A DNA stretch of 63,331 nucleotides, the filler included. It is 20 parts of 20 records of this genome, joined end to end, with 100 filler letters (N's around TTAATTAATTAA, not from the genome) between each part and the next. Parts side by side here need not be neighbours in the genome. Positions count along the whole stretch, not along the records: positions 37,643 to 40,589 come from SRR11831580_4824; positions 40,690 to 43,090 come from SRR11831580_4826; positions 43,191 to 47,992 come from SRR11831580_4831; positions 48,093 to 51,063 come from SRR11831580_4844; positions 51,164 to 55,879 come from SRR11831580_4851; 15 more parts are not named here. The stretch is one strand, 5' to 3'. The notes below the pieces were generated by a model. That model saw only the letters and a program-made list of their open reading frames with translations. It was not told where the DNA came from and searched no databases. The position numbers and the translations under genes are program-made. The number at the start of each line of letters is the position of its first letter. Position 1 is the stretch's first letter. This document shows, piece by piece, positions 37,543 through 54,098 of the stretch.

Positions 37543-37642
37543 NNNNNNNNNNNNNNNNNNNNNNNNNNNNNNNNNNNNNNNNNNNNTTAATTAATTAANN
37601 NNNNNNNNNNNNNNNNNNNNNNNNNNNNNNNNNNNNNNNNNN

Positions 37643-39916
<2,274 letters not shown>

Positions 39917-40001
39917 CGGATTTTATCCTGTTATCAGTAGGGTAGATGTAGTTGTTATCAGTCGACGTGACGGAAAAATGCCGATGCTGAAACGGAATTA
40001 A

Positions 40002-40089
40002 GAAACCGGTTTCACAAAATCATGAATAGTTGTCACTAAATAAGCAAGAGAGTGAATTGTTCATTTTTTATATTTGTGAAACCGGTCAC
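40002..40089. promoter_or_regulatory. Two LacI-type operators (probable AscG sites) between ascF and ascG
   Basis: Palindrome GAAACCGGTTTC (40002-40013) and TGAAACCGGTCAC (40077-40089). Confidence 0.65.
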
Positions 40090-40175
40090 CTGAATATTTT
40101 TCCCGCCGATTGTGCAAGGACAATCGGCAAACGGTGCAGTACACTGCGTTGATTGCGTGTAAAGGGATGAAAATG

Positions 40176-40589
40176 ATGACGACGATGCTGGAAGTGGCGA
40201 AGCGCGCCGGGGTTTCAAAAGCGACCGTTTCCCGCGTGCTTTCAGGTAATGGCTACGTCAGCCAGGAGACTAAAGATCGCGTGTTTCAGGCGGTAGAAGA
40301 GAGCGGTTACCGTCCAAACTTGCTGGCGCGCAATCTGTCGGCGAAGAGTACTCAGACGCTGGGGCTGGTAGTGACCAACACGCTTTACCACGGCATTTAT
40401 TTTAGTGAATTACTCTTTCATGCCGCGCGAATGGCGGAAGAGAAAGGGCGGCAGTTGCTATTGGCAGATGGTAAACACAGCGCAGAAGAAGAGCGCCAGG
40501 CGATTCAGTATCTGCTGGATCTGCGCTGCGACGCGATCATGATTTACCCGCGTTTTTTAAGCGTGGATGAGATCGATGACATCATTGAC
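40176..40589 (+). CDS. ascG: LacI-family repressor AscG (3' truncated)
   Basis: MTTMLEVAKRAGVSKATVSRVL helix-turn-helix; divergent from ascF. Confidence 0.92.
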
Positions 40590-40689
40590 NNNNNNNNNNN
40601 NNNNNNNNNNNNNNNNNNNNNNNNNNNNNNNNNTTAATTAATTAANNNNNNNNNNNNNNNNNNNNNNNNNNNNNNNNNNNNNNNNNNNN

Positions 40690-42184
40690 GGAAGGCCCGG
40701 ATCACAGCGGCGAACCGCTTTCTGCGGCAGCAGCTATCCGCGCGACCTTCGGCAACATGGGCATGAACGACGAAGAAACCGTGGCGCTGATTGCGGGTGG
40801 TCATACGCTGGGTAAAACCCACGGTGCCGGTCCGACATCAAATGTAGGTCCTGATCCAGAAGCTGCACCGATTGAAGAACAAGGTTTAGGTTGGGCGAGC
40901 ACTTACGGCAGCGGCGTTGGCGCAGATGCCATTACCTCTGGTCTGGAAGTAGTCTGGACCCAGACGCCGACCCAGTGGAGCAACTATTTCTTCGAGAACC
41001 TGTTCAAGTATGAGTGGGTACAGACCCGCAGCCCGGCTGGCGCAATCCAGTTCGAAGCGGTAGACGCACCGGAAATTATCCCGGATCCGTTTGATCCGTC
41101 GAAGAAACGTAAACCGACAATGCTGGTGACCGACCTGACGCTGCGTTTTGATCCTGAGTTCGAGAAGATCTCTCGTCGTTTCCTCAACGATCCGCAGGCG
41201 TTCAACGAAGCCTTTGCCCGTGCCTGGTTCAAACTGACGCACAGGGATATGGGGCCGAAATCTCGCTACATCGGGCCGGAAGTGCCGAAAGAAGATCTGA
41301 TCTGGCAAGATCCGCTGCCGCAGCCGATCTACAACCCGACCGAGCAGGACATTATCGATCTGAAATTCGCGATTGCGGATTCTGGTCTGTCTGTTAGTGA
41401 GCTGGTATCGGTGGCCTGGGCATCTGCTTCTACCTTCCGTGGTGGCGACAAACGCGGTGGTGCCAACGGTGCGCGTCTGGCATTAATGCCGCAGCGCGAC
41501 TGGGATGTGAACGCCGCAGCCGTTCGTGCTCTGCCTGTTCTGGAGAAAATCCAGAAAGAGTCTGGTAAAGCCTCGCTGGCGGATATCATAGTGCTGGCTG
41601 GTGTGGTTGGTGTTGAGAAAGCCGCAAGCGCCGCAGGTTTGAGCATTCATGTACCGTTTGCGCCGGGTCGCGTTGATGCGCGTCAGGATCAGACTGACAT
41701 TGAGATGTTTGAGCTGCTGGAGCCAATTGCTGACGGTTTCCGTAACTATCGCGCTCGTCTGGACGTTTCCACCACCGAGTCACTGCTGATCGACAAAGCA
41801 CAGCAACTGACGCTGACCGCGCCGGAAATGACTGCGCTGGTGGGCGGCATGCGTGTACTGGGTGCCAACTTCGATGGCAGCAAAAACGGCGTCTTCACTG
41901 ACCGCGTTGGCGTATTGAGCAATGACTTCTTCGTGAACTTGCTGGATATGCGTTACGAGTGGAAAGCGACCGACGAATCGAAAGAGCTGTTCGAAGGCCG
42001 TGACCGTGAAACCGGCGAAGTGAAATTTACGGCCAGCCGTGCGGATCTGGTGTTTGGTTCTAACTCCGTCCTGCGTGCGGTGGCGGAAGTTTACGCCAGT
42101 AGCGATGCCCACGAGAAGTTTGTTAAAGACTTCGTGGCGGCATGGGTGAAAGTGATGAACCTCGACCGTTTCGACCTGCTGTAA
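40690..42184 (+). CDS. katG: Catalase-peroxidase HPI (5' truncated; N-terminus on another contig at 51023)
   Basis: [10 protein letters not shown] proximal His motif; C-terminal DRFDLL. Confidence 0.96.
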
Positions 42185-42276
42185 TCTGACCCCGTTCAGC
42201 GGCTGCTTGCTGGCAGTCGCTGAACGTTCTTTACCAGCGTATAGTGGGCGAACGAAAACTACACACTGGATCTCTC

Positions 42277-43090
42277 ATGTCTGCCGCAGGAAAGAGCAAC
42301 CCACTGGCAATCAGTGGCCTGGTTGTGCTCACACTTATCTGGAGTTATAGCTGGATTTTCATGAAGCAAGTCACCAGTTACATCGGTGCCTTCGACTTTA
42401 CCGCCTTACGCTGCATTTTCGGCGCTCTCGTTTTATTCATCGTCCTTTTATTACGTGGTCGCGGAATGCGCCCGACACCGTTTAAATACACCTTAGCCAT
42501 TGCCCTGTTACAAACCTGCGGGATGGTTGGTCTGGCGCAGTGGGCGTTGGTCAGCGGAGGTGCGGGGAAGGTGGCGATCCTGAGCTATACCATGCCGTTC
42601 TGGGTGGTGATTTTCGCCGCGTTGTTTCTCGGTGAACGCCTGCGACGTGGGCAATATTTCGCGATTCTGATTGCCGCTTTCGGCTTATTTTTGGTGTTGC
42701 AGCCGTGGCAACTCGATTTCTCTTCGATGAAAAGTGCCATGCTGGCAATCCTCTCCGGCGTCAGTTGGGGGGCGAGCGCGATTGTTGCTAAACGTCTGTA
42801 TGCCCGTCATCCGCGCGTGGATTTATTGTCGTTAACATCCTGGCAGATGCTGTATGCGGCGCTGGTGATGAGTGTGGTCGCTTTACTGGTGCCGCAACGT
42901 GAAATTGACTGGCAGCCCACCGTGTTCTGGGCGCTGGCCTACAGTGCGATTCTGGCGACGGCACTGGCGTGGAGCTTATGGTTGTTTGTATTGAAAAACT
43001 TGCCTGCCAGTATTGCCAGCTTAAGCACACTGGCCGTTCCCGTTTGCGGCGTACTCTTTTCCTGGTGGCTGCTCGGCGAGAATCCGGGGG
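42277..43090 (+). CDS. yijE: EamA/DMT-family exporter YijE (3' truncated)
   Basis: Multi-TM DMT pattern; follows katG. Confidence 0.88.
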
Positions 43091-43190
43091 NNNNNNNNNN
43101 NNNNNNNNNNNNNNNNNNNNNNNNNNNNNNNNNNTTAATTAATTAANNNNNNNNNNNNNNNNNNNNNNNNNNNNNNNNNNNNNNNNNNNN

Positions 43191-43368
43191 TTGTATCGCT
43201 GGTGGTTCGATTGTTGTCAGCCACGTTAACGACGCCGGTTTCTGGTTGTTCGGTAAATTTACCGGCGCGACCGAAGCCGAAACGCTGAAAACCTGGACCA
43301 TGATGGAAACCATCCTCGGCACTGTCGGTGCCATCGTTGGGATGATTGCGTTCCAGCTGTTGAGTTAA
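43191..43368 (+). CDS. gntU: Gluconate permease GntU, C-terminal fragment
   Basis: GGSIVVSHVNDAGFWLFG...TLKTWT GntP-family signature; convergent with yhgN. Confidence 0.85.
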
Positions 43369-43377
43369 GTTTGTTCG

Positions 43378-43408
43378 CCCGGTAGTTGTGACGCTACCGG
43401 GTTCTTTT
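43378..43408 (+). terminator. Rho-independent terminator after gntU
   Basis: CCCGGTAG-loop-CTACCGGG followed by TTCTTTT. Confidence 0.75.
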
Positions 43409-43424
43409 CGAAAAACTCTCCTCG

Positions 43425-44018
43425 TTACCCCTTCATCCACATTCGAATGCCGTCGAGGAACATCTGGGTTGCCATCATCACCAGAATCAATCCCATCAGG
43501 CGTTCAAGTGCGTTCACCCCTTTCTCGCCCAGCAGACGTAAAAATAGCGAAGACTGTAGCAGGATGACAAAGGTGCCGCCCCAGGCCAGCAGCAGAGCAA
43601 TCACCAGATGCCCCATCTGATTCGGGTACTGATGAGACAACAACATCAGCGTGGCGAGAATAGTCGGCCCGGCGACTAACGGAATTGCCAACGGCACGAT
43701 AAATGGCTCTTCACCTGCCGGAAGCCCGCTGCTATTTCCTGAAGCGCTGGGGAAAATCATTTTAATGGCGATCAGAAACAGAATGATGCCGCCAGAAATG
43801 GAGACGGTTTCTGCTCGTAGGCTAAGAAATGCCAGAATTTTCTCACCCGCAAACAGGAACACCAGCATCACCAGGAGAGCAATAAGCAACTCTCGCACCA
43901 TGATTGCCCGCCGTCTTTTCGGTTCAGTATGTTTCAGTACGGACATGAAAATAGGTAGGTTTCCGAGCGGATCCATAATCAGGATCAATAAAACTGCTGC
44001 AGAAATGATTTCATTCAT
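43425..44018 (-). CDS. yhgN: MarC-family inner membrane protein YhgN
   Basis: 197 aa; DPLGNLP and VPLAIPLVAGP motifs. Confidence 0.92.
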   Translation of the reverse strand: MNEIISAAVLLILIMDPLGNLPIFMSVLKHTEPKRRRAIMVRELLIALLVMLVFLFAGEKILAFLSLRAETVSISGGIILFLIAIKMIFPSASGNSSGLPAGEEPFIVPLAIPLVAGPTILATLMLLSHQYPNQMGHLVIALLLAWGGTFVILLQSSLFLRLLGEKGVNALERLMGLILVMMATQMFLDGIRMWMKG

Positions 44019-44210
44019 AACTCAAATTCCCTGATAATTGCCGCGGACTTTCTGCGTGCTAACAAAGCAGGATAAGTCGCATTACTGATGGCTTCGCTAT
44101 CATTGATTAATTTCACTTGCGACTTTGGCTGCTTTTTGTATGGTGAAAGATGTGCCAAGAGGAGACCGGCACATTTATACAGCACACATCTTTGCAGGAA
44201 AAAAACGCTT

Positions 44211-45314
44211 ATGAAAAATGTTGGTTTTATCGGCTGGCGCGGTATGGTCGGCTCCGTTCTCATGCAACGCATGGTTGAAGAGCGCGACTTCGACGCCATT
44301 CGCCCTGTCTTCTTTTCTACTTCTCAGCTTGGCCAGGCTGCGCCGTCTTTTGGCGGAACCACTGGCACACTTCAGGATGCCTTTGATCTGGAGGCGCTAA
44401 AGGCCCTCGATATCATTGTGACCTGTCAGGGCGGCGATTATACCAACGAAATCTATCCAAAGCTTCGTGAAAGCGGATGGCAAGGTTACTGGATTGACGC
44501 AGCATCGTCTCTGCGCATGAAAGATGACGCCATCATCATTCTTGACCCCGTCAATCAGGACGTCATTACCGACGGATTAAATAATGGCATCAGGACTTTT
44601 GTTGGCGGTAACTGTACCGTAAGCCTGATGTTGATGTCGTTGGGTGGTTTATTCGCCAATGATCTTGTTGATTGGGTGTCCGTTGCAACCTACCAGGCCG
44701 CTTCCGGCGGTGGTGCGCGACATATGCGTGAGTTATTAACCCAGATGGGCCATCTGTATGGCCATGTGGCAGATGAACTCGCGACCCCGTCCTCTGCTAT
44801 TCTCGATATCGAACGCAAAGTCACAACCTTAACCCGTAGCGGTGAGCTGCCGGTGGATAACTTTGGCGTGCCGCTGGCGGGTAGCCTGATTCCGTGGATC
44901 GACAAACAGCTCGATAACGGTCAGAGCCGCGAAGAGTGGAAAGGGCAGGCGGAAACCAACAAGATCCTCAACACATCTTCCGTAATTCCGGTAGATGGTT
45001 TATGTGTGCGTGTCGGGGCATTGCGCTGCCACAGCCAGGCATTCACTATTAAATTGAAAAAAGATGTGTCTATTCCGACCGTGGAAGAACTGCTGGCTGC
45101 GCACAATCCGTGGGCGAAAGTCGTTCCGAACGATCGGGAAATCACTATGCGTGAGCTAACCCCAGCTGCCGTTACCGGCACGCTGACCACGCCGGTAGGC
45201 CGCCTGCGTAAGCTGAATATGGGACCAGAGTTCCTGTCAGCCTTTACCGTGGGCGACCAGCTGCTGTGGGGGGCCGCGGAGCCGCTGCGTCGGATGCTTC
45301 GTCAACTGGCGTAA
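44211..45314 (+). CDS. asd: Aspartate-semialdehyde dehydrogenase
   Basis: 367 aa from [18 protein letters not shown] catalytic Cys. Confidence 0.97.
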
Positions 45315-45585
45315 TCTTTATTCATTAAATCTGGGGCGCGATGCCGCCCCTGTTAGTGCGTAATACAGGAGTAAGCGCAGATGTTTCATGATTTACCGGG
45401 AGTTAAATAGAGCATTGGCTATTCTTTAAGGGTGGCTGAATACATGAGTATTCACAGCCTTACCTGAAGTGAGGACGACGCAGAGAGGATGCACAGAGTG
45501 CTGCGCCGTTCAGGTCAAAAAAATGTCACAACCAGAAGTCAAAAATCCAATTGGATGGGTGACACAATAAAACAGGAAGACAAGC

Positions 45586-47772
45586 ATGTCCGATCGTATC
45601 GATAGAGACGTGATTAACGCGCTAATTGCAGGCCATTTTGCGGATCCTTTTTCCGTACTGGGAATGCATAAAACCACCGCGGGACTGGAAGTCCGTGCCC
45701 TTTTACCCGACGCTACCGATGTGTGGGTGATTGAACCGAAAACCGGGCGCAAACTCGCAAAACTGGAGTGTCTCGACTCACGGGGATTCTTTAGCGGCGT
45801 CATTCCGCGACGTAAGAATTTTTTCCGCTATCAGTTGGCTGTTGTCTGGCATGGTCAGCAAAACCTGATTGATGATCCTTACCGTTTTGGTCCGCTAATC
45901 CAGGAAATGGATGCCTGGCTATTATCTGAAGGTACTCACCTGCGCCCGTATGAAACCTTAGGCGCGCATGCAGATACTATGGATGGCGTCACAGGTACGC
46001 GTTTCTCTGTCTGGGCTCCAAACGCCCGTCGGGTCTCGGTGGTTGGGCAATTCAACTACTGGGACGGTCGCCGTCACCCGATGCGCCTGCGTAAAGAGAG
46101 CGGCATCTGGGAACTGTTTATCCCTGGGGCGCATAACGGTCAGCTCTATAAATACGAGATGATTGATGCCAATGGCAACTTGCGTCTGAAGTCCGACCCT
46201 TATGCCTTTGAAGCGCAAATGCGCCCGGAAACCGCGTCTCTTATTTGCGGGCTGCCGGAAAAGGTTGTACAGACTGAAGAGCGCAAAAAAGCGAATCAGT
46301 TTGATGCGCCAATCTCTATTTATGAAGTTCACCTGGGTTCCTGGCGTCGCCACACCGACAACAATTTCTGGTTGAGCTACCGCGAGCTGGCCGATCAACT
46401 GGTGCCTTATGCTAAATGGATGGGCTTTACCCACCTCGAACTACTGCCCATTAACGAGCATCCCTTCGATGGCAGTTGGGGTTATCAGCCAACCGGCCTG
46501 TATGCGCCAACCCGCCGTTTTGGTACTCGCGACGACTTCCGTTATTTCATTGATGCCGCACACGCAGCTGGTCTGAACGTGATTCTCGACTGGGTGCCAG
46601 GCCACTTCCCGACTGATGACTTTGCGCTTGCCGAATTTGATGGCACGAACTTGTATGAACACAGCGATCCGCGTGAAGGCTATCATCAGGACTGGAACAC
46701 GCTGATCTACAACTATGGTCGCCGTGAAGTCAGTAACTTCCTCGTCGGTAACGCGCTTTACTGGATTGAACGTTTTGGTATTGATGCGCTGCGCGTCGAT
46801 GCGGTGGCGTCAATGATTTATCGCGACTACAGCCGTAAAGAGGGGGAGTGGATCCCGAACGAATTTGGCGGGCGCGAGAATCTTGAAGCGATTGAATTCT
46901 TGCGTAATACCAACCGTATTCTTGGTGAGCAGGTTTCCGGTGCGGTGACAATGGCTGAGGAGTCTACCGATTTCCCTGGCGTTTCTCGTCCGCAGGATAT
47001 GGGCGGTCTGGGCTTCTGGTACAAGTGGAACCTCGGCTGGATGCATGACACCCTGGACTACATGAAGCTCGACCCGGTTTATCGTCAGTATCATCACGAT
47101 AAACTGACCTTCGGGATTCTCTACAACTACACTGAAAACTTCGTCCTGCCGTTGTCGCATGATGAAGTGGTCCACGGTAAAAAATCGATTCTCGACCGCA
47201 TGCCGGGCGACGCATGGCAGAAATTCGCGAACCTGCGCGCCTACTATGGCTGGATGTGGGCATTCCCGGGCAAGAAACTACTGTTCATGGGTAACGAATT
47301 TGCCCAGGGCCGCGAGTGGAACCATGACGCCAGCCTCGACTGGCATCTGTTGGAAGGCGGCGATAACTGGCACCACGGTGTCCAGCGTCTGGTGCGCGAT
47401 CTGAACCTCACCTACCGCCACCATAAAGCAATGCATGAACTGGATTTTGACCCGTACGGCTTTGAATGGCTGGTGGTGGATGACAAAGAACGCTCGGTGC
47501 TGATCTTTGTGCGTCGCGATAAAGAGGGTAACGAAATCATCGTTGCCAGTAACTTTACGCCGGTACCGCGTCATGATTATCGCTTCGGCATAAACCAGCC
47601 GGGCAAATGGCGTGAAATCCTCAATACCGATTCCATGCACTATCACGGCAGTAATGCAGGCAATGGCGGCACGGTACACAGCGATGAGATTGCCAGCCAC
47701 GGTCGTCAGCATTCACTAAGCCTGACGCTACCACCGCTGGCCACTATCTGGCTGGTTCGGGAGGCAGAATGA
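45586..47772 (+). CDS. glgB: 1,4-alpha-glucan branching enzyme
   Basis: 728 aa GH13; DWVPGHF, LRVDAV and SHDEVVHGK. Confidence 0.97.
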
Positions 47773-47992
47773 CACAACTCGCCATTGGCAAACCCGCTCC
47801 CCTCGGCGCGCATTACGACGGTCAGGGCGTCAACTTCACACTTTTCTCCGCTCATGCCGAGCGGGTAGAACTGTGTGTCTTTGACGCCAATGGCCAGGAA
47901 CATCGCTATGACTTGCCAGGGCACAGTGGCGACATTTGGCACGGTTATCTGCCGGATGCGCGCCCGGGTTTGCGTTATGGTTATCGCGTTCA
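47769..47992 (+). CDS. glgX: Glycogen debranching enzyme GlgX (3' truncated)
   Basis: [21 protein letters not shown]; overlaps the glgB stop. Confidence 0.94.
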
Positions 47993-48092
47993 NNNNNNNN
48001 NNNNNNNNNNNNNNNNNNNNNNNNNNNNNNNNNNNNTTAATTAATTAANNNNNNNNNNNNNNNNNNNNNNNNNNNNNNNNNNNNNNNNNNNN

Positions 48093-49455
48093 CCAGTTGC
48101 TGCAATTTTGCTACACCTCAGAAGTGGCCGACAGTGCGCTGAAAATCCTCGACGAAGCGGGATTACCTGGCGAACTGCGCCTGCGTCAGGGGCTGGCGCT
48201 GGTGGCGATGGTCGGTGCAGGCGTCACCCGTAACCCGCTGCATTGCCACCGCTTCTGGCAGCAACTGAAAGGCCAGCCGGTCGAATTTACCTGGCAGTCC
48301 GATGACGGCATCAGCCTGGTGGCAGTACTGCGCACCGGCCCGACCGAAAGCCTGATTCAGGGGCTGCATCAGTCCGTCTTCCGCGCAGAAAAACGCATCG
48401 GCCTGGTATTGTTCGGTAAGGGCAATATCGGTTCCCGTTGGCTGGAACTGTTCGCCCGTGAGCAGAGCACGCTTTCGGCACGTACCGGCTTTGAGTTTGT
48501 GCTGGCAGGTGTGGTGGACAGCCGCCGCAGCCTGTTGAGCTATGACGGGCTGGACGCCAGCCGCGCGTTAGCCTTCTTCAACGATGAAGCGGTTGAGCAG
48601 GATGAAGAGTCGTTGTTCCTGTGGATGCGCGCCCATCCGTATGATGATTTAGTGGTGCTGGACGTTACCGCCAGCCAGCAGCTTGCTGATCAGTATCTTG
48701 ATTTCGCCAGCCACGGTTTCCACGTTATCAGCGCCAACAAACTGGCGGGAGCCAGCGACAGCAATAAATATCGCCAGATCCACGACGCCTTCGAAAAAAC
48801 CGGGCGTCACTGGCTGTACAATGCCACCGTCGGTGCGGGCTTGCCGATCAACCACACCGTGCGCGATCTGATCGACAGCGGCGATACTATTTTGTCGATC
48901 AGCGGGATCTTCTCCGGCACGCTCTCCTGGCTGTTCCTGCAATTCGACGGTAGCGTGCCGTTTACCGAGCTGGTGGATCAGGCGTGGCAGCAGGGCTTAA
49001 CCGAACCTGACCCGCGTGACGATCTCTCTGGCAAAGACGTGATGCGCAAGCTGGTGATTCTGGCGCGTGAAGCAGGTTACAACATCGAACCGGATCAGGT
49101 ACGTGTGGAATCGCTGGTGCCTGCTCATTGCGAAGGCGGCAGCATCGACCATTTCTTTGAAAATGGCGATGAACTGAACGAGCAGATGGTGCAACGGCTG
49201 GAAGCGGCCCGCGAAATGGGGCTGGTGCTGCGCTACGTGGCGCGTTTCGATGCCAACGGTAAAGCGCGTGTAGGCGTGGAAGCGGTGCGTGAAGATCATC
49301 CGTTGGCATCACTGCTGCCGTGCGATAACGTCTTTGCCATCGAAAGCCGCTGGTATCGCGATAACCCTCTGGTGATCCGCGGACCTGGCGCTGGGCGCGA
49401 CGTCACCGCCGGGGCGATTCAGTCGGATATCAACCGGCTGGCACAGTTGTTGTAA
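48093..49455 (+). CDS. metL: Aspartokinase II/homoserine dehydrogenase II (5' truncated)
   Basis: GKGNIG, ATVGAGLP and GPGAG homoserine dehydrogenase motifs; upstream of metF. Confidence 0.94.
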
Positions 49456-49536
49456 TTTCAGAAATTTAATAATGCCCGGTACTCATGTTTTCGGGTTTAT
49501 GGTTTCTAATGAAATATATTGAATTATCATAGGATT

Positions 49537-49569
49537 AGGCCGGATTAAGCGTTTACGACGAATCCGGCA
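49537..49569. repeat. Degenerate REP-like palindrome
   Basis: AGGCCGGATTAAGCGTTTACGACGAATCCGGCA. Confidence 0.55.
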
Positions 49570-49722
49570 AGAAGCAATAAGTACATGGTTAGTTTATATT
49601 TGCAGTCCGGTTTGCTTTGCATACCGGATTTTCTTTTTCTTACCATCCTGAAGTTTTTTCATCTTCCCTGATTTTTCCTCACCATCATTGGTCATTTTTC
49701 GGTTGACGCCCTTCGGCTTTTC

Positions 49723-49762
49723 CTTCATCTTTACATCTGGACGTCTAAACGGATAGATGTGC
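49723..49762. promoter_or_regulatory. Tandem MetJ boxes upstream of metF
   Basis: 8-bp units CTTCATCT/TTACATCT/GGACGTCT/AAACGGAT/AGATGTGC versus consensus AGACGTCT. Confidence 0.8.
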
Positions 49763-49800
49763 ACAACACAACATATAACTACAAGCGATTGATGAGGTAA

Positions 49801-50694
<894 letters not shown>

Positions 50695-51022
50695 ATAGTG
50701 TGGCTTTTGTGAAAATCACACAGTGATCACAAATTTTAAACAGAGCACAAAATGCTGCCTCGAAATGAGGGCGGGAAAATAAGGTTATCAGCCTTGTTTT
50801 CTCCCTCATTACTTGAAGGATATGAAGCTAAAACCCTTTTTTATAAAGCATTTGTCCGAATTCGGACATAATCAAAAAAGCTTAATTAAGATCAATTTGA
50901 TCTACATCTCTTTAACCAACAATATGTAAGATCTCAACTATCGCATCCGTGGATTAATTCAATTATAACTTCTCTCTAACGCTGTGTATCGTAACGGTAA
51001 CACTGTAGAGGGGAGCACATTG

Positions 51023-51063
51023 ATGAGCACGTCAGACGATATCCATAACACCACAGCCACTGG
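51023..51063 (+). CDS. katG: Catalase-peroxidase HPI, N-terminal 13 codons
   Basis: GAGGGGAG RBS followed by MSTSDDIHNTTAT; downstream of metF as in E. coli. Confidence 0.85.
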
Positions 51064-51163
51064 NNNNNNNNNNNNNNNNNNNNNNNNNNNNNNNNNNNNN
51101 NNNNNNNTTAATTAATTAANNNNNNNNNNNNNNNNNNNNNNNNNNNNNNNNNNNNNNNNNNNN

Positions 51164-52216
<1,053 letters not shown>

Positions 52217-52382
52217 TTTAATATCCCTCCGGCGAATTATGCTCACAACCTGAACTTAACAGAAAACAATCCGTTCAGGGATACGACGTTTGTATTTTAA
52301 GAATCTGACTGCCTGACCCGACGCATTTTACCTCTCCCTATATTCATGCGTCCGGGACATAAACATAAATAAGGGCTATGAG

Positions 52383-54098
52383 ATGAATTCGTTACAAATC
52401 TTGAGTTTTGTCGGTTTTACGCTGCTGGTGGCGGTGATCACCTGGTGGAAGGTCCGCAAAACAGATACCGGATCGCAACAAGGCTATTTTCTTGCCGGAC
52501 GTTCACTAAAAGCGCCGGTTATTGCCGCTTCGTTAATGCTAACCAACCTTTCCACGGAACAACTGGTCGGCCTTTCCGGGCAGGCCTACAAAAGCGGCAT
52601 GTCGGTGATGGGCTGGGAAGTGACTTCAGCGGTGACGCTGATCTTCCTCGCGCTAATCTTTTTACCGCGCTATCTGAAGCGCGGCATTGCCACCATCCCC
52701 GATTTTCTGGAGGAACGTTATGATAAAACGACGCGTATTATCATCGACTTCTGCTTCCTAATTGCCACCGGCGTCTGCTTTCTGCCGATTGTTCTCTACT
52801 CCGGCGCGTTGGCGCTCAACAGCCTGTTTCACGTCGGGGAATCGCTACAGATTTCTCACGGTGCGGCTATCTGGCTACTGGTAATTTTGCTTGGTCTGGC
52901 GGGAATTTTGTATGCGGTGATCGGCGGACTGCGCGCAATGGCAGTGGCGGACTCCATCAACGGTATTGGGCTGGTTATCGGCGGGTTGATGGTGCCGGTA
53001 TTTGGCCTAATCGCGATGGGCAAGGGCAGCTTTATGCAGGGCATTGAGCAACTCACCACCGTTCACGCCGAGAAATTAAACTCAATCGGTGGCCCGACCG
53101 ATCCCTTGCCGATTGGCGCGGCATTTACCGGTTTGATTCTGGTGAACACCTTTTACTGGTGTACAAATCAGGGCATCGTGCAACGCACGCTGGCGTCAAA
53201 AAGCCTGGCGGAAGGGCAAAAGGGGGCGCTGTTAACGGCGGTGCTGAAAATGCTCGACCCGCTGGTACTGGTGCTGCCAGGGTTGATTGCGTTTCATCTG
53301 TATCAGGATTTACCGAAAGCCGACATGGCCTACCCGACGCTGGTCAATAACGTTCTGCCAGTGCCAATGGTGGGTTTCTTCGGCGCGGTGTTATTTGGTG
53401 CGGTGATCAGTACCTTCAACGGCTTTCTGAATAGCGCCAGTACGTTATTCAGTATGGGTATTTACCGTCGCATCATTAACCAGAATGCCGAGCCGCAGCA
53501 GCTGGTCACCGTCGGGCGCAAATTTGGTTTCTTTATCGCTATCGTTTCGGTGCTGGTCGCGCCGTGGATCGCCAACGCGCCGCAGGGGCTGTATAGCTGG
53601 ATGAAACAGCTCAACGGCATTTACAACGTGCCGCTGGTTACCATCATCATTATGGGCTTTTTCTTCCCGCGCATCCCGGCGCTGGCGGCAAAAGTAGCGA
53701 TGGGGATTGGCATAATCAGCTACATCACCATCAACTATCTGGTGAAGTTCGACTTCCATTTCCTCTATGTGCTGGCCTGTACGTTCTGCATCAACGTGGT
53801 CGTGATGCTGGTGATCGGTTTTATCAAACCGCGCGCCACGCCGTTCACCTTCAAAGATGCGTTTGCGGTGGACATGAAACCGTGGAAAAACGTCAAGATC
53901 GCGTCAATTGGCATCCTGTTCGCGATGATTGGCGTCTATGCCGGGCTGGCTGAATTCGGCGGCTACGGTACGCGCTGGTTAGCGATGATCAGTTATTTCA
54001 TTGCCGCCGTAGTGATTGTCTACCTGATTTTTGACAGCTGGCGGCATCGTCACGACCCAGCCGTAACCTTTACTCCCGACGGGAAGGATAGCCTATGA
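52383..54098 (+). CDS. yidK: Sodium:solute symporter YidK
   Basis: 571 aa; GYFLAGRSL and YWCTNQGIVQRTL SSS motifs. Confidence 0.93.
   Translation: MNSLQILSFVGFTLLVAVITWWKVRKTDTGSQQGYFLAGRSLKAPVIAASLMLTNLSTEQLVGLSGQAYKSGMSVMGWEVTSAVTLIFLALIFLPRYLKRGIATIPDFLEERYDKTTRIIIDFCFLIATGVCFLPIVLYSGALALNSLFHVGESLQISHGAAIWLLVILLGLAGILYAVIGGLRAMAVADSINGIGLVIGGLMVPVFGLIAMGKGSFMQGIEQLTTVHAEKLNSIGGPTDPLPIGAAFTGLILVNTFYWCTNQGIVQRTLASKSLAEGQKGALLTAVLKMLDPLVLVLPGLIAFHLYQDLPKADMAYPTLVNNVLPVPMVGFFGAVLFGAVISTFNGFLNSASTLFSMGIYRRIINQNAEPQQLVTVGRKFGFFIAIVSVLVAPWIANAPQGLYSWMKQLNGIYNVPLVTIIIMGFFFPRIPALAAKVAMGIGIISYITINYLVKFDFHFLYVLACTFCINVVVMLVIGFIKPRATPFTFKDAFAVDMKPWKNVKIASIGILFAMIGVYAGLAEFGGYGTRWLAMISYFIAAVVIVYLIFDSWRHRHDPAVTFTPDGKDSL

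Noticed and set aside
44088-44210. N-terminal extensions in the ORF track for asd (likewise hemA, nudK, zapC, ascG, ssnA, yijE)
   Set aside because: They are longest-ORF artefacts; downstream starts match the known proteins.
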